DNA from: Stylophora pistillata | Taxonomy: Eukaryota | NCBI RefSeq assembly: GCF_002571385.2 | Contig: NW_019218027.1 | Span: 130,637 to 194,636 of the forward strand | Direction: 5' to 3' | Length of the DNA stretch: 64,000 nt | In this document: positions 25,794-37,600 of the stretch, one piece after another | Layout of the letters: the number at the start of each line of letters is the position of its first letter | Numbering within the stretch: position 1 is the first letter of the stretch | Translations under genes and position numbers: made by a program | Notes under the pieces: generated by a model | Seen by the model: the letters and a program-made list of their open reading frames with translations, nothing else | Told to the model about the DNA's origin: nothing | Databases searched by the model: none

Positions 25794-27266
25794 ATCAGGG
25801 TCATGAAAAAAGTGATTGAGAAAAGTCAATAAAACAGGAATTCTTTGCTTGAAAACAAGATTTTTTTAGCCAGGGAATAGACAAATTGTTTGAGGCTCTT
25901 TCATGGCTTGCTGGAGTTGGTAATATAGAATTATAATACAGAAAACACTTTCATGAGGTTTTCAAATATTTTGGTCAGACACCAGTTCATGTATTTGGGA
26001 ACTGTAGAGACCATGTGTAAGAGTAGACATGTTCTATTACTTTCAAGTAGTAAAATTCATATTCTATCTCAACTGGAGCCCTAGGAAATAAATCCCAGCA
26101 ACAAAAGTGGTAGGGCTGTAGCCCTACCCNNNNNNNNNNCATTAACCAAGCAATAGTGTGAAAGGTATTTATCCACTTTAATAACAAAGTTCTCATGAAA
26201 GATAAATGCATAGCTGTAATTAGTGAGCAAAACTCTTTAGAGCACTACTCTCACCCACAATAGTATAAATAGTTTGATAGTTTCTTCTGCCAATAATAGT
26301 TTAAAACTTCTCCACCACCCCCCCCCCCTCTCTTGACAAATATTCAATTTCTCAGACCCACGCTGTCTTCAAAATATTTCTATGTATTATGTATGAGAAA
26401 ATACTTTAATGATATTTATTTGGAAAACATCGAAATGCAACTTCATCCAAAAACCTCATTAACTTGACCTTATGTTTGTGAAAAACATAATTTCATGTGC
26501 ACCAGGACATAAAAAATAAGCAAATATTTACATTAAGGCAATTTGTATGCATCTGAGGTGAGTTAATTGCACTTGGCAAAGGTCAAGTGTAAAATCAGAC
26601 AAATTAGGTTTTCTAAGAAAATGTAAATGATCACGTAGTAATCAAGCGAGAAGCTAATTCATGCAACTTTTGCATTTTCTGAGAAAAAAAAATCATTTCA
26701 CATTCTCTTTCTGACAGAACACTCACACCAATCTTTTTTTTTTTTTAGTGTCTGTTTACAGGAACTAAAATTTAGAATACATCTATTTGATTACTTATAC
26801 TTGGCATTTGTTGAACTTAGCTATGTAATTTTAAAGCAGCAAATGAGTAAATGCTTACTTTTAATGAATATCATTCAAAGACTTCACTTGCAACCCTAAG
26901 CAACTTGTGAACTAGGAGAACAATGCAATTTATTTAAATACTTATTACCTTGCCTGCAAAATCTCTTGCTGGGATATAAGCTCTTCCAGAGAGGATACCC
27001 ACATTAACATTTCCCTTACAAATAGACTCGCCACAATCGTTCAAAACCAAAAAACCGAAAAAAAAAAATGCGCAACTCCTTAAAAAATTTCCTCGAGCTT
27101 GAAATTTAACCTGTGGTGAGACAAATTATTTAAACTACCTACGTGCTACTATCAAAAATACTACATCAGCTTACACAAACTGTAATTGGGTGGATCAATT
27201 TGGTTTAAACTAAGATTATTTTTGACAGAGCTACTAATGAATTTAAAGCGAAGCATTATGCACTTG

Positions 27267-28256
27267 TTACTCCAAAAAGTACACGACTCCTTCGTAAGTG
27301 AAAAACATTATCGCTGTGTTCGGAACTTGACGAATTAAGTGGGTTCCCAAACCTCCATAGAGACCTCTCCATCCTTCCTCTCTTATAACTGTTTTCAGCG
27401 TTTGAAGGAATGAATTGTATTTGTGTTTTCCGAGGAAATCACTTTCCTGTTGACGTAGCCGAGTTCGTGCAACTTCATGTGGATAGCAAAGACTTGCAGC
27501 AATGGATTTGGAAACGCCGGCTGATAGCATGCACTCGATCACATTTAGGTCTCTTTGTGTCTTATGTTGAAACTTGAGCAATCTCCCTTTCACTTTCTCG
27601 TAGATCGTAAAATGCACTACCGTCTCTGAGATTCCTACGTAGGAAGCTGAAAGTCCTCGGTAAAAAGCTCTAATTCCTTCGCTCTTGTAAGCATCTCTTA
27701 CTATTTGGAAAGTACTAACTCTCTGTGCGTCCCTGTTGTCCAACTGTAGTCGCGTTTTGACGAACCACAAAGGATTTGTGACCGTGTGATTTACAAACGA
27801 AGCCATGGCCGCGGATGCCATATACACAAGCGAAGAATCGGCAGCTAGTGTACCAGATTTGTTTAGGATGTCCTTCGTTGTGGAATAGAGGGCAAAGTAA
27901 ATCGCTCTTGATGGGGTGACACCGAGTAATGTGGGCCCTAATCCTTTGTACAAGGAAAAGAACCCTTCGTGTTGAACCATGTACCTTCCATAAGAAAATA
28001 CTCCCTTGAAACGATTCGCCGCAACGTTGAGCTTCGAGTTAGCCACACTAGCTGTACTTAAATTTGCGGCTGGGCCACTGGACGAAATGTTGCGATTAAC
28101 ATGTAGGTTTGCTGTTCGTTGAAGACGAAACGCAGAAGACTGAAGTCTTGTCTGAATCACCTCGAGAGGACATGTTACGAAGGCACCGAACGAACCGCCT
28201 AAACCACCAGCGACGAAATGTACCATGGCAGAGTGCTGTTTCTTTGGTTGACTCAT
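27267..28256 (-). CDS. SLC25A36: Intronless SLC25A33/36-like pyrimidine nucleotide carrier, 329 aa
   Basis: Single ORF with all three carrier repeats: HFVAGG, TCPLEVIQTRLQ, GVTPSRAIYF, NPLWFVKTRLQ, YPHEVARTRLR, RQVPNTA. Confidence 0.93.
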   Translation of the reverse strand: MSQPKKQHSAMVHFVAGGLGGSFGAFVTCPLEVIQTRLQSSAFRLQRTANLHVNRNISSSGPAANLSTASVANSKLNVAANRFKGVFSYGRYMVQHEGFFSLYKGLGPTLLGVTPSRAIYFALYSTTKDILNKSGTLAADSSLVYMASAAMASFVNHTVTNPLWFVKTRLQLDNRDAQRVSTFQIVRDAYKSEGIRAFYRGLSASYVGISETVVHFTIYEKVKGRLLKFQHKTQRDLNVIECMLSAGVSKSIAASLCYPHEVARTRLRQQESDFLGKHKYNSFLQTLKTVIREEGWRGLYGGLGTHLIRQVPNTAIMFFTYEGVVYFLE

Positions 28257-29314
28257 GATCGTGACCGAAATAAAATAACAAAAGAACAGAGCTGGAAGAT
28301 AACGGCCGCGAGTGAACTGTCGAACTTACCGGCATAGCCGGCTGATAAAGAGCTATTAGAACATAAATATCGATGCCCAGTTCAGTGATTTAGCCCAATG
28401 ACGTCAGGACAACACCCCCAACCACACCAAATAAGGGTTGCTTATGTAATCCTCTTCTTTGCAACTTCTGGGCTCATTCAAAAGCAGGAGGTTGAATTAA
28501 TTCTTTAGCAATCAAAATAAACAAAAACAACTCACATTCCATCCAATTTTAGGTAAAATAATATTCAATGCACCGCAGAATCTTAGATAAGCTTTTACGT
28601 TTCTTAATTCTGACAATATTTGTTTTTCAGTACGATGTTGTCCCATTGAATTGTTATTGATCCAAGTTAAAAAAACCTTTTCGTTATGTAATACACGTAT
28701 TGCCGACACTTGATCTCCAGTCACATGCTTTTATGTTATTATTTTATCATACGATCATCTGTTCGTGATACCACACAATTTTTGTTAAACTAAAATTTAA
28801 CACAGATCTGTCGTGAGTTTTCAGTCGCAATCGACCACGCATGAGTTTTCATCACCAACTTTATTTCGTGATCTTTTCTTTTGAAAGGAAGGAAAACAAA
28901 AAACATTGCCTGAGGGTCAGTTATTCATAGAACTGTTTTCCTAGTAAAACCCTGTTTACGGCTTGTGACATACACGTGCACAACATGTGATGTTTGCAAC
29001 AAACCAAAATAAAACATACTTGTTTTAAACTTGCTGTGGCCGATTGTGCTGAAAATCTGGGGGAAGTCAAATTACAATGTTTCCTCATCGACCGTAACTA
29101 ACGAATGAAAAGATTTAAAAACGTAAAGCAAGGTTAAACTATTGGACTAGAATCATTCAAATAGATGTAAATTTTGCGCCTTAGTAAATTCAAAAGACGA
29201 ATTCTTGCCGCAATGAACTAGAGATGACAGATTTACTGAAGAAACCGCGCAGTTTTAAACGGTTTCAGATTCTTTTTGGCCCTTGTAATAACTCCCTATG
29301 GACACATAGCTACC

Positions 29315-29400
29315 CGGTCCCTTCGCCGATACCTTTGGTCAACTCGCCGACACACTGGTCGCTTCGCCGACACTCTCGGTCACTTCACCGAAACACACTG
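29315..29400. repeat. ~21-bp degenerate tandem repeat (GGTCnnTTCGCCGACAC) x4
   Basis: Four TCGCCGA/TCACCGA-centred units; probably a DNA transposon subterminal array. Confidence 0.7.
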
Positions 29401-29978
29401 AAAACATAAAAAAAAAAAACCCGCAAGATGGATTCGTTCATCTAGGAAAGTCTCTTGAAGAGGATCTGGGCTAGTCATTAGCCTGTAGATTTTGGATGTT
29501 TCTTTTTTTTTTTACTAGCTGTTGTTGTTTAAGCCGTTTTTAAAATCTTACCAAGAAACTTCTTGCACTCAAGTCAAATATTCCTGATTGTATCCATTTT
29601 ATGACTAGATTTCCACATAAGAAGAGAAACATATAAGTCAGTGAAGGTATGGAATGAAATGATAAAGGATATCATTCTTGTTCCCTGAGCAAGTCAATTT
29701 CCAAAAGATAACTTCTCCACAGACTTCTAAGATTTACTTTTACGAAATTGTTTAGTCACTGTCCACAATCATTCGGATAAATCGGGGGCCCAGTTTATTT
29801 GGTTTGCCCCATCTTCCAATTTATTTTGGTCATTCAGTCACTGAAAACAAAGTTTTTCTAGATTGGTTTTCTAGAGAACTTCCATTTTGAAAACGTCAGC
29901 TCAGGTCACGTCGATAGCTATGCCACGTGGCCCCATTTATGTCGATGTCTCTTTTAGCCTTTGCCAAAACATAAACTT

Positions 29979-32900
29979 TCATTCATCTGCCAAAGGTTCC
30001 TGCTGTTCAGAAGGAGTTGCTCCAGTTCCAGTTCCATTTCCCTCTTCCACTGATTGGCTGTCCAAACCATCCCCACTGTCTCCACCCTCAGCTTGCTCAT
30101 ATACAGCTCTCCCCTCTCCACTGCTTGTGCTATCATCGTTCTGCTGATCTCCCAAGTCTGTTTGTGCGGCGTTATGATTTGGATCCTGCAAAAAGTCGTC
30201 CAATATAATATCTTCTGGGTTAGGAACAGGCTGCAGGAATTCTTCATCCGGGCAGATCTTTTCGAACACTTCCTTAGCCTGTGAAAAGAGAAAAGCGTTA
30301 TAAATTTTTAAACGTCCTCAATAAAGTTTCAGTAACCTCTGCCTAAAAATTTTCATCTCTAAGTTCTCTCCCACACTTTTTTTTTTTTTCAAGTCAAAGT
30401 TTCTCTGTAGATTGTTCTCTGTACCTTTTTTCACCTGCCTCTTTGACAAAGCAGTAACAAGGTAGAAAGATATCTAATTAAAAGCAAATATTATCATAAC
30501 TATCTGCTAGTTTATGATCAAAATTACTGTACCTGCTGCAATGCCTCTCCAAATCCTAAGCTCATTCCAGGCAGCAAGAGAACATGTACATTTCCTGGCA
30601 AGTCGCCCACACATGAGGAATCAGAAATCAACTGGTTGAAATACAAAGACCACAGAACAGTTGGCTTGTCACTGTCAACATTTCCTGCTTTGAGACAAAT
30701 GGCAAAGAACAATAATTCAATAAAGTATGAGTTTCATCTGGTGTATCTTAAAGTATCACAAGTAATTGCCTTTGAATAAAAAGGAATCTTTCAATGGTTT
30801 TCAGGGGTTTCATTAAGGGCTGGGCACTGGGCAAATTGATCAGTTGTGAGGACAGTTTTGCCTACTTGGTTTGACAATCTGGAGGAAAGTTTTTCTTGTG
30901 GAGAAGTTCAGTTCAAAAAGTTTTGCCCGCCTGTGAAAACCAATTGTCCTCCTGCTGAAAACATTAATGAAACCCCTGGGTTTTGTATTGTAACCCAACA
31001 AGGAAAAGGATAGATTTAGCCATGAATCCTTTCACCCCACATCAGTTTGCATATTCTCTATACTGTTTCCTGTACATTTCCTAAGGTGTTCACTAGGAGA
31101 ATTCGTCTAACAATCAAGAGCTTTTTTTGTTGGTGACTGTTTCCTTCACTCAAAGAATTAAGGATAGTTGAGGAAGGAAAATATTAATACCAATTGCAAA
31201 TGAGAGAAAGATTGAGGCTAATTTTCATTTTTGGTCTGAATTTATGTCCCTGCTGAACAGAAATGATACAACTTGTTTCCTCTGACCTTCAGAAGGAAAA
31301 TGAAACAGCTTGTTTGCTGTTGCTTCCAAATCGTCCTTAGCTGATGTCACACCTTTACTGACTAAATGGACCACATAAAGGCCATTAGGGCAGGCCATAG
31401 AAGCTGACCCTAACTGAATGACTCTCACTGGTTCTTCGCCTTCTGATGATGGTGGAACAGACAGAACTGATACGCACTCCTCCTCTGAAATCTTCAAGGA
31501 ACTACATGTTATGAAAACTCCTCTGGAAACCAACTGGTGGCACTCTTTCTTGTAACTATCTGGGACATACGAATGCTCCATTATCAGCCATTTACACTTC
31601 AGCAGCTGATTGTCAGAAATTACTCCTGTACACTTGCCATTTTCCTTGTTGATTGTTATTTCTGATGCACTTCTTCTAAGGCAATATAAACCACCAAACA
31701 CTGCACACATTCTGCAAAATGCCTGAGGCAACTCACCAGCACCATAGAGTGGCCAAATAAAAGGGGTATTTCCATAGCGCCCAAGTGATTGTAAAAAGTT
31801 TTGTGTAGCCTTAAGTCCAATGACTGTTGCAGTTTCAGGCTTGACCATGGCTATGGCATGAATTATGAAATGCTGCAAATTGGGTGTCAGTCTGCGCGAC
31901 TGGAGAAATTCACCGAAAGGTTTGTTTTCATATGCTTCATACTGCTCCTGCTGCTGTTTAAAATCAAGGCAGAAAGTCAGAAATTTCATTAGCATTCGTT
32001 TCTCTACAACAGATATTGCACTGCTGCTGAATACATCAGCTCTTGAACATGGCACCTCTTCTACTTGTCCATTCATGTAAGTCAATATTCTGGTGACAGT
32101 TTTGAACTCTGCATAATGACTGATATTTGCAGAAATTAGTGCCTCCACTAGGGGTCCTCGGGAAAATAGAAGTTTAGGAGATACATCAATGTTGAATCTT
32201 CTCCAGTATGGCTTCAGATCATCATATGTCATGTCAGGACATATGGCAGGCTTCTTTTCCCTTCCTTGCCTAAGTGGTGACACAAATGAAACATCTTGGC
32301 CATCTCTGGAATCTGTAACTGCTGGTAGCTCCTCATCATGATTCTCATCCTTCAAGTCTTTATCAGAACTTTCTTCTTCACTGTGTGGAGTTCCATTACT
32401 CTCTCCTAACTGAGAAGAACAGGTAGTACTGTTTATGTCAGATGTATCCAGCCTTTCATTACTATCATTTGCTGGCCTGTCTCTGAAATCTTCAGCTTCA
32501 TTGCTTGATTCTTCTACACCAGTAGTTACTTTTGAGGAGTTATTTTCACCAGATGGATCTGGTTTGACTTCTTTGGTCTCATCAGATTTCTGAGCTTCAG
32601 TGCTGCTTGCAGCTATTTCAAGTGTAGTATCCTCTTTTGATCCAGAGAGAACAAAATCTTGCTCTGTCTTTTTCTCACTGAAGAAATGAAACACAAAATT
32701 AATAGAGAGTCACAGTTAATATTCTAAAAAAAAGACTGTTTAAAGCCTCTGATTACCTGAATCTGATTAATTAAGTAATTCTTCCTTCTGGGTACCATTA
32801 GTTTTAAAAATGTATGATAAAGCAAAATAACACCTACTAGATAATAAGTTTGTCTCCTTCAGACTCAATACATGTTAGCTAAGTAATGTATCAAAAAAGC

Positions 32901-34431
32901 GAGAAGTTTAATTTTGATCAGTTTTAACCTCTAAAGGGTTAGGTATAAACAAGGCAATGAGAAAACATCATTATCAAATGTCGTAACCAATATGGTATTT
33001 GAGCTAAACTTGAACTGAATATTTTATTAAGGGAACAAGGAATGAAACAGCTATTAGATAAGTGATGTCCTTCTTTTTAAGTGATCCTTCCTCACATTCA
33101 TGTGATTAAGATTAAGCTAAATACTGGCACTACGTTAAACCGTTATATTTTCTCCTTACTTCAAATTAATAAATTAATGAAATATCTCAATAAAGAGCAA
33201 ACATGTTCCTCACACACCTAAAATAAGATCTAACCATTACATTGCTTATTGTGTCAGAATGGCTGGGAACTGGGACTGAGAAGGTACCAGACTCTAAGCT
33301 TGGTGGTTCATTGTCGTGGGTACCAGATTTATCTGATCCACTTCCATGGTTTTCACCCTACAATCAGACACATTCTTTTGCAAATTAATTTACATGCATC
33401 ATCACTGTCATATCAAACACATTTCAAATCAATAGGGCATCCTGCATAAAGGAATATAAATTTAGAATATAGTTAATTACCTGGTTGAGTTCGATCCACT
33501 TTAACAAGTTGTCAAATGTGAATGTGGCCCACTGACCAGAATAATAATCATTTCTAAAAAAAAAAATAATTTTTTAGATCAATCAATATGCAAATACTAC
33601 AATTTCTATTGTATGCAACCTCTATCCATGCCATCAGTATCATGGAAGATGTTATGGCACAATTCCTTGTTGGGTACACATGGGTGCCCCCCTCCCCCAC
33701 AGATAAGACTGAGTATGAAGCGAAGTTGGTGGGGAACTTGGGGAAAACCCCGAGAGGAGGTTAATTAACCAATGAAAACATCGTATCTACAAGAAAAACA
33801 GTGGCTTCTTTTGGTTTATGCTAACGAAACCCAAAAAAGCTTTGATTCGAGTTAGTAGTAATGGACCTCCAGGCTACGCTTCAGGATCTAGCTCTAAACA
33901 ATTTCTTGATCTATAATTATATATTATATATTAACTAACCAAATGCATGAATTCTTTCGCTAGTACTTCAAGTTGTTCTTCAGCTTAACCGTAGAAACCA
34001 AAACTACGTTTAACTAAATTATGGCTGCAGAACATCAACTGCGCACTTGTTTTGCTAGATCGAGAAAACATGTTTCTGTATCACTCACTGACCTGTCTAA
34101 ATGAAGAACCTTAAGACCCACCCTTGACAGAGAAGCTGCTACCACAGACTCCGGGAAACCTTGTAAACGAGAATAAGAATGGTTACGAATTACACTTTCT
34201 TCTACACTATCAATACAATGTTAAACTCGAGGTCAAAGTTGATCAGCACACCCTTTCCCCGTCTCTATGAAAATTAATCGAAAATTCGGCACAGTGGTTT
34301 CATAACTGCAATGACACACAACAAAAACATTTCCAGACTTTTTTTCGCCACACCATGATTTAACAACTACAGAACCTACCCGTTCCAAGTACAATCACAT
34401 CGAACTCCTCAGGGAGCTTATCCTCCGCCAT
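29979..34431 (-). CDS. CHM: Rab escort protein 1 / Rab geranylgeranyltransferase component A (choroideremia protein)
   Basis: Exons (minus) 34431-34380, 34159-34093, 33553-33481, 33357-33218, 32677-31287, 30684-30533, 30278-29979 are in frame. Motifs FDVIVLGTG, VLHLDRNDYYSGQWA, RRFNIDVSPKL, VPCSRADVF, LGRYGNTPF, YGAGELPQAFCRMCAVFGG, ICPDEEFL..PNPEDII. Confidence 0.96.
30802..30978. mobile_element. 177-bp MITE with 15-bp perfect TIRs and 6-bp TSD in a CHM intron
   Basis: CAGGGGTTTCATTAA ... TTAATGAAACCCCTG; GGTTTT on both flanks (30796-30801, 30979-30984). Confidence 0.85.
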
Positions 34432-34634
34432 TTTGAGTATTTTCAGTGACTCTCGTCAAAGGGTAGCTGATTGGCTACCTTTATTTTATCCAATCAAATT
34501 GAGGTTTAGATTTAGGATCCCGGGAAGGCCTGATTCCGTACCAGCTGATGAAAAGTGTATTCTTCATCTCTTCATGTAAGCTTTCAGCTGAGATGAATAG
34601 TTAGGAAGACTGCAAAGATCCTCTCAGCTGAAAA
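34432..34634. promoter_or_regulatory. Bidirectional promoter CHM (-) / EPHX2 (+)
   Basis: 203 bp between divergent ATGs; opposed CCAAT boxes (ATTGG ~34470, CCAAT ~34490). Confidence 0.7.
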
Positions 34635-37600
34635 ATGGTCAAGCTTGTTATATTTGATCTCGGGGGTGTTATAGTTACTAGTCCTATCTTTACATTTCAG
34701 AAATATGCGTGGGAAAAAGGGATTTCAAGGTAGCAATGAGGAATTTTGTTTACATTTTAGATTTCAAAATTGCATCTCTTGACAAACATTTTGAAGAAAA
34801 GAGACAATCTGGAGGATTAAACATTTAAGACTAAGATACAGTAGTGCAGTTTCGTAAATATGTCGATGCATACATCTTTGCAGCTTGGGGTTTTTCGGAG
34901 AACTAACTCGCAATTATAGTTAATAATAAGTTAAGGTATTATTAATCAAAGTTAAGGTTATATCCCAAATTTATCACTTTGTAGGTTATTTAAGAGGACA
35001 ATGTCTCTTATTTCTTGATAGAACTGGGATGTCTTGCATTGCCTTGAAATTCCTGGGTTTCTTGAAGTTTATGTAATGTTCTTTGATGACCTTATCAATT
35101 TCAGTGAAGTGATCACTAAAAGCTTTAGTAACAATTCAAAAAGACTGGATACAGGTCAAGTTTCTCTTTCTCAGGTACTTGGAGTGGTCATTTCTATCTG
35201 TAGAACTCAGTGTCTAGACAATTTTTCTCAAAATTGTTTTTCCTAGTTTTTTATTCTAGTTACATGAGATTGAGTCGTCTTTTAATTACCTAAAGTAAGT
35301 ATGTAAAACAAAATTTTGAAAGTTGATAAACTTTCCTTATAGTTTACGACATGGCCTGTTAAAGGTCCAGAGTCAGCATCTTCCAGTAAGAATAGATTGA
35401 TGGCAAGCAAGTGCTCAGAATTTCTTCACGAAAAGTTTTGCAGCCATCTTGGATTTTTGACTAAGCAGAGGAGGGCCAGTGGGATAGAAACAAGAGTCTT
35501 CCAAAGGATGAATGATAGACAAGAAGAAATGAGGGGGATGGGGAAAGAAAAATACTTTTTGTCCTTGCACCTTCCCCTCTGTCTCTCCTTTTACACCTAC
35601 AATAGTTTTTCTTTTTCAGATGTAAGATAAAGCATTTGCTGTTTTAAAATTTTTTTGATTTGCTTAAATTTGTTTTGATCTTTTTTTTTTTTTACAAAGT
35701 TCTGCTCTGAAATGGATGTAATCTATGCAGAGTATGCTTCAAAACAGGAAAATGATCCCTGCAAGACTATAAGGTTTCAAGACATCATGGATGATTACTT
35801 CTCATCAGCCAAAGTAATTCCAGAAATGCTTAATGCTGCAACAGCTCTGAGGAGGCATGGTTAGTAAAAATGATTTGTGGTGAGGTGGCAAGGGCCTACT
35901 TGATGAGGGGGGCATTAGGCCCTCTGGGAAACTGCAAAACCGGAGAAAAAAACCACCAAAACTGAAAAACCGACCAAGAAAGGTAGCAAAACCAAACACC
36001 GCATGCAAACCTGACAAAACCGCTACATTTTCACCTTTAAAGGGGTCAAAAAGGAAAAACCGAAAACTGCATCAGAGTTTTCATGAAAACCGAAAACCGA
36101 ATGCAACAACACGCAAAATCCACAAACCGCTCTGAACATCAAAACCGAAAAACCGAACCTTTTTGGCCCAAAAACCAAAAAACTGATCCAAAAAACAATC
36201 AAAACCGCAAAACGAAAAATCCCAAAGCCCCCCTACTTGACATATTGGGAGAATTTTTCTTTGGATCTGGATAGTTATACCTGCATGCCACCTTTGACTC
36301 CTCAGAGGACAGTGATTTGTTACTTTACAAGTTCTTCTTTCAATTTAAACTGACACATCACTCTCAATTAGAAACTGACAGAGGTAATCAGGATTCATAA
36401 AATTATTAGCCAATGGATATCTTGACATGATGACTGTCCAAAAAAGAAATCTGTTGTCATTCATTGGGAGAATTTGGGTTTGAGGATCTCGGGAGAGATT
36501 ATGGAATCCGATCTGTTCCCACACCCCAACAACATGGTGTCTGAATTCAATTAATATAGGAATTCATATTTTGATTGTATTCACTTTAACCTGAATTTAT
36601 GATAATCATATTTTCAGGTATCAAGACCTGTATCCTGACAAATAACTGGACCAATGACATAGTGAAGAATTACAAATTATCGCCTTTTCCACACTTGCTC
36701 CATTACTTTGATGAGGTGTTTGAATCATGTAAGATTGGTTTCAGCAAACCTGACCCAGAAATTTACAGCCATGTCTGCTCAAAGATGGCGGTGCAGCCCT
36801 CAGAGGTTAATATATTCTTTTACTCATTTACTGTTAGAAATTTAAGGACTCTTTAAAAGAATAAGTTCTTTTTATAGTTGAAGATACCTATGGAATAGAT
36901 CACTGTAGCAGACTTTCACACATACATGGGATTCCATCTCCGTCATACCATGCAGTCCAAAGTTGTTCACAGACAACTTAAAGCTGAACAATATGTTGCC
37001 TTGCTGCATAGCAGGATATAACTCATACTCAAACAAGTTTTGAGCCTTTTACTGGACTATTTTGATGATGGATGTAGAAAATTACCTTGTCCTGACTTCT
37101 TGCAAAGTGTTGATAATATAACCATAAACTGCTGACGGTTAAACTTTTAACCATAAAGAGTGACAGTCAAGCATCTAATTTCTCCTTACAATATCACCCC
37201 TGAAATCAAACAATAAGGTCAGGAGAATAAAGGAAATGATCACCAGCTAAAGAAGCTCTTGACTGTTAACTTAATTCTCCTGGTTAGCAAATTAGGAAAT
37301 GAATAGAAAATGGTGTGAAGAATATGCATATTAGATACAATGTATATATGAAGTTCATATATTTTGAACTGCGGTATTAGAAACATATGATGCACAATCC
37401 TCCCAGTAGAGAGTGCTATTTATGCAAGAGCGAAAATCAGACCTGAAAAAAATCAGGCCTGTATGGGATTCGAACCACTGACCTCTGCAATGCTAGTGCA
37501 GCGCTCTACCAATTGAGCTAAAGTAGTTCATATAAAATAGCTCAATTGGTAGAGCGCTGCACTAGCATCGCAGAGGTCAGTGGTTCGAATGGTACAGGCC

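Noticed and set aside
29315-29400. Short spaced repeats resembling a CRISPR array
   Set aside because: Only ~21-bp degenerate tandem units with no unique spacers, no cas genes and a eukaryotic context.
37538-37600. tRNA gene
   Set aside because: A/B boxes are present but there is no acceptor stem, and the sequence continues into a repeated SINE body. The same applies to 54300-54365.
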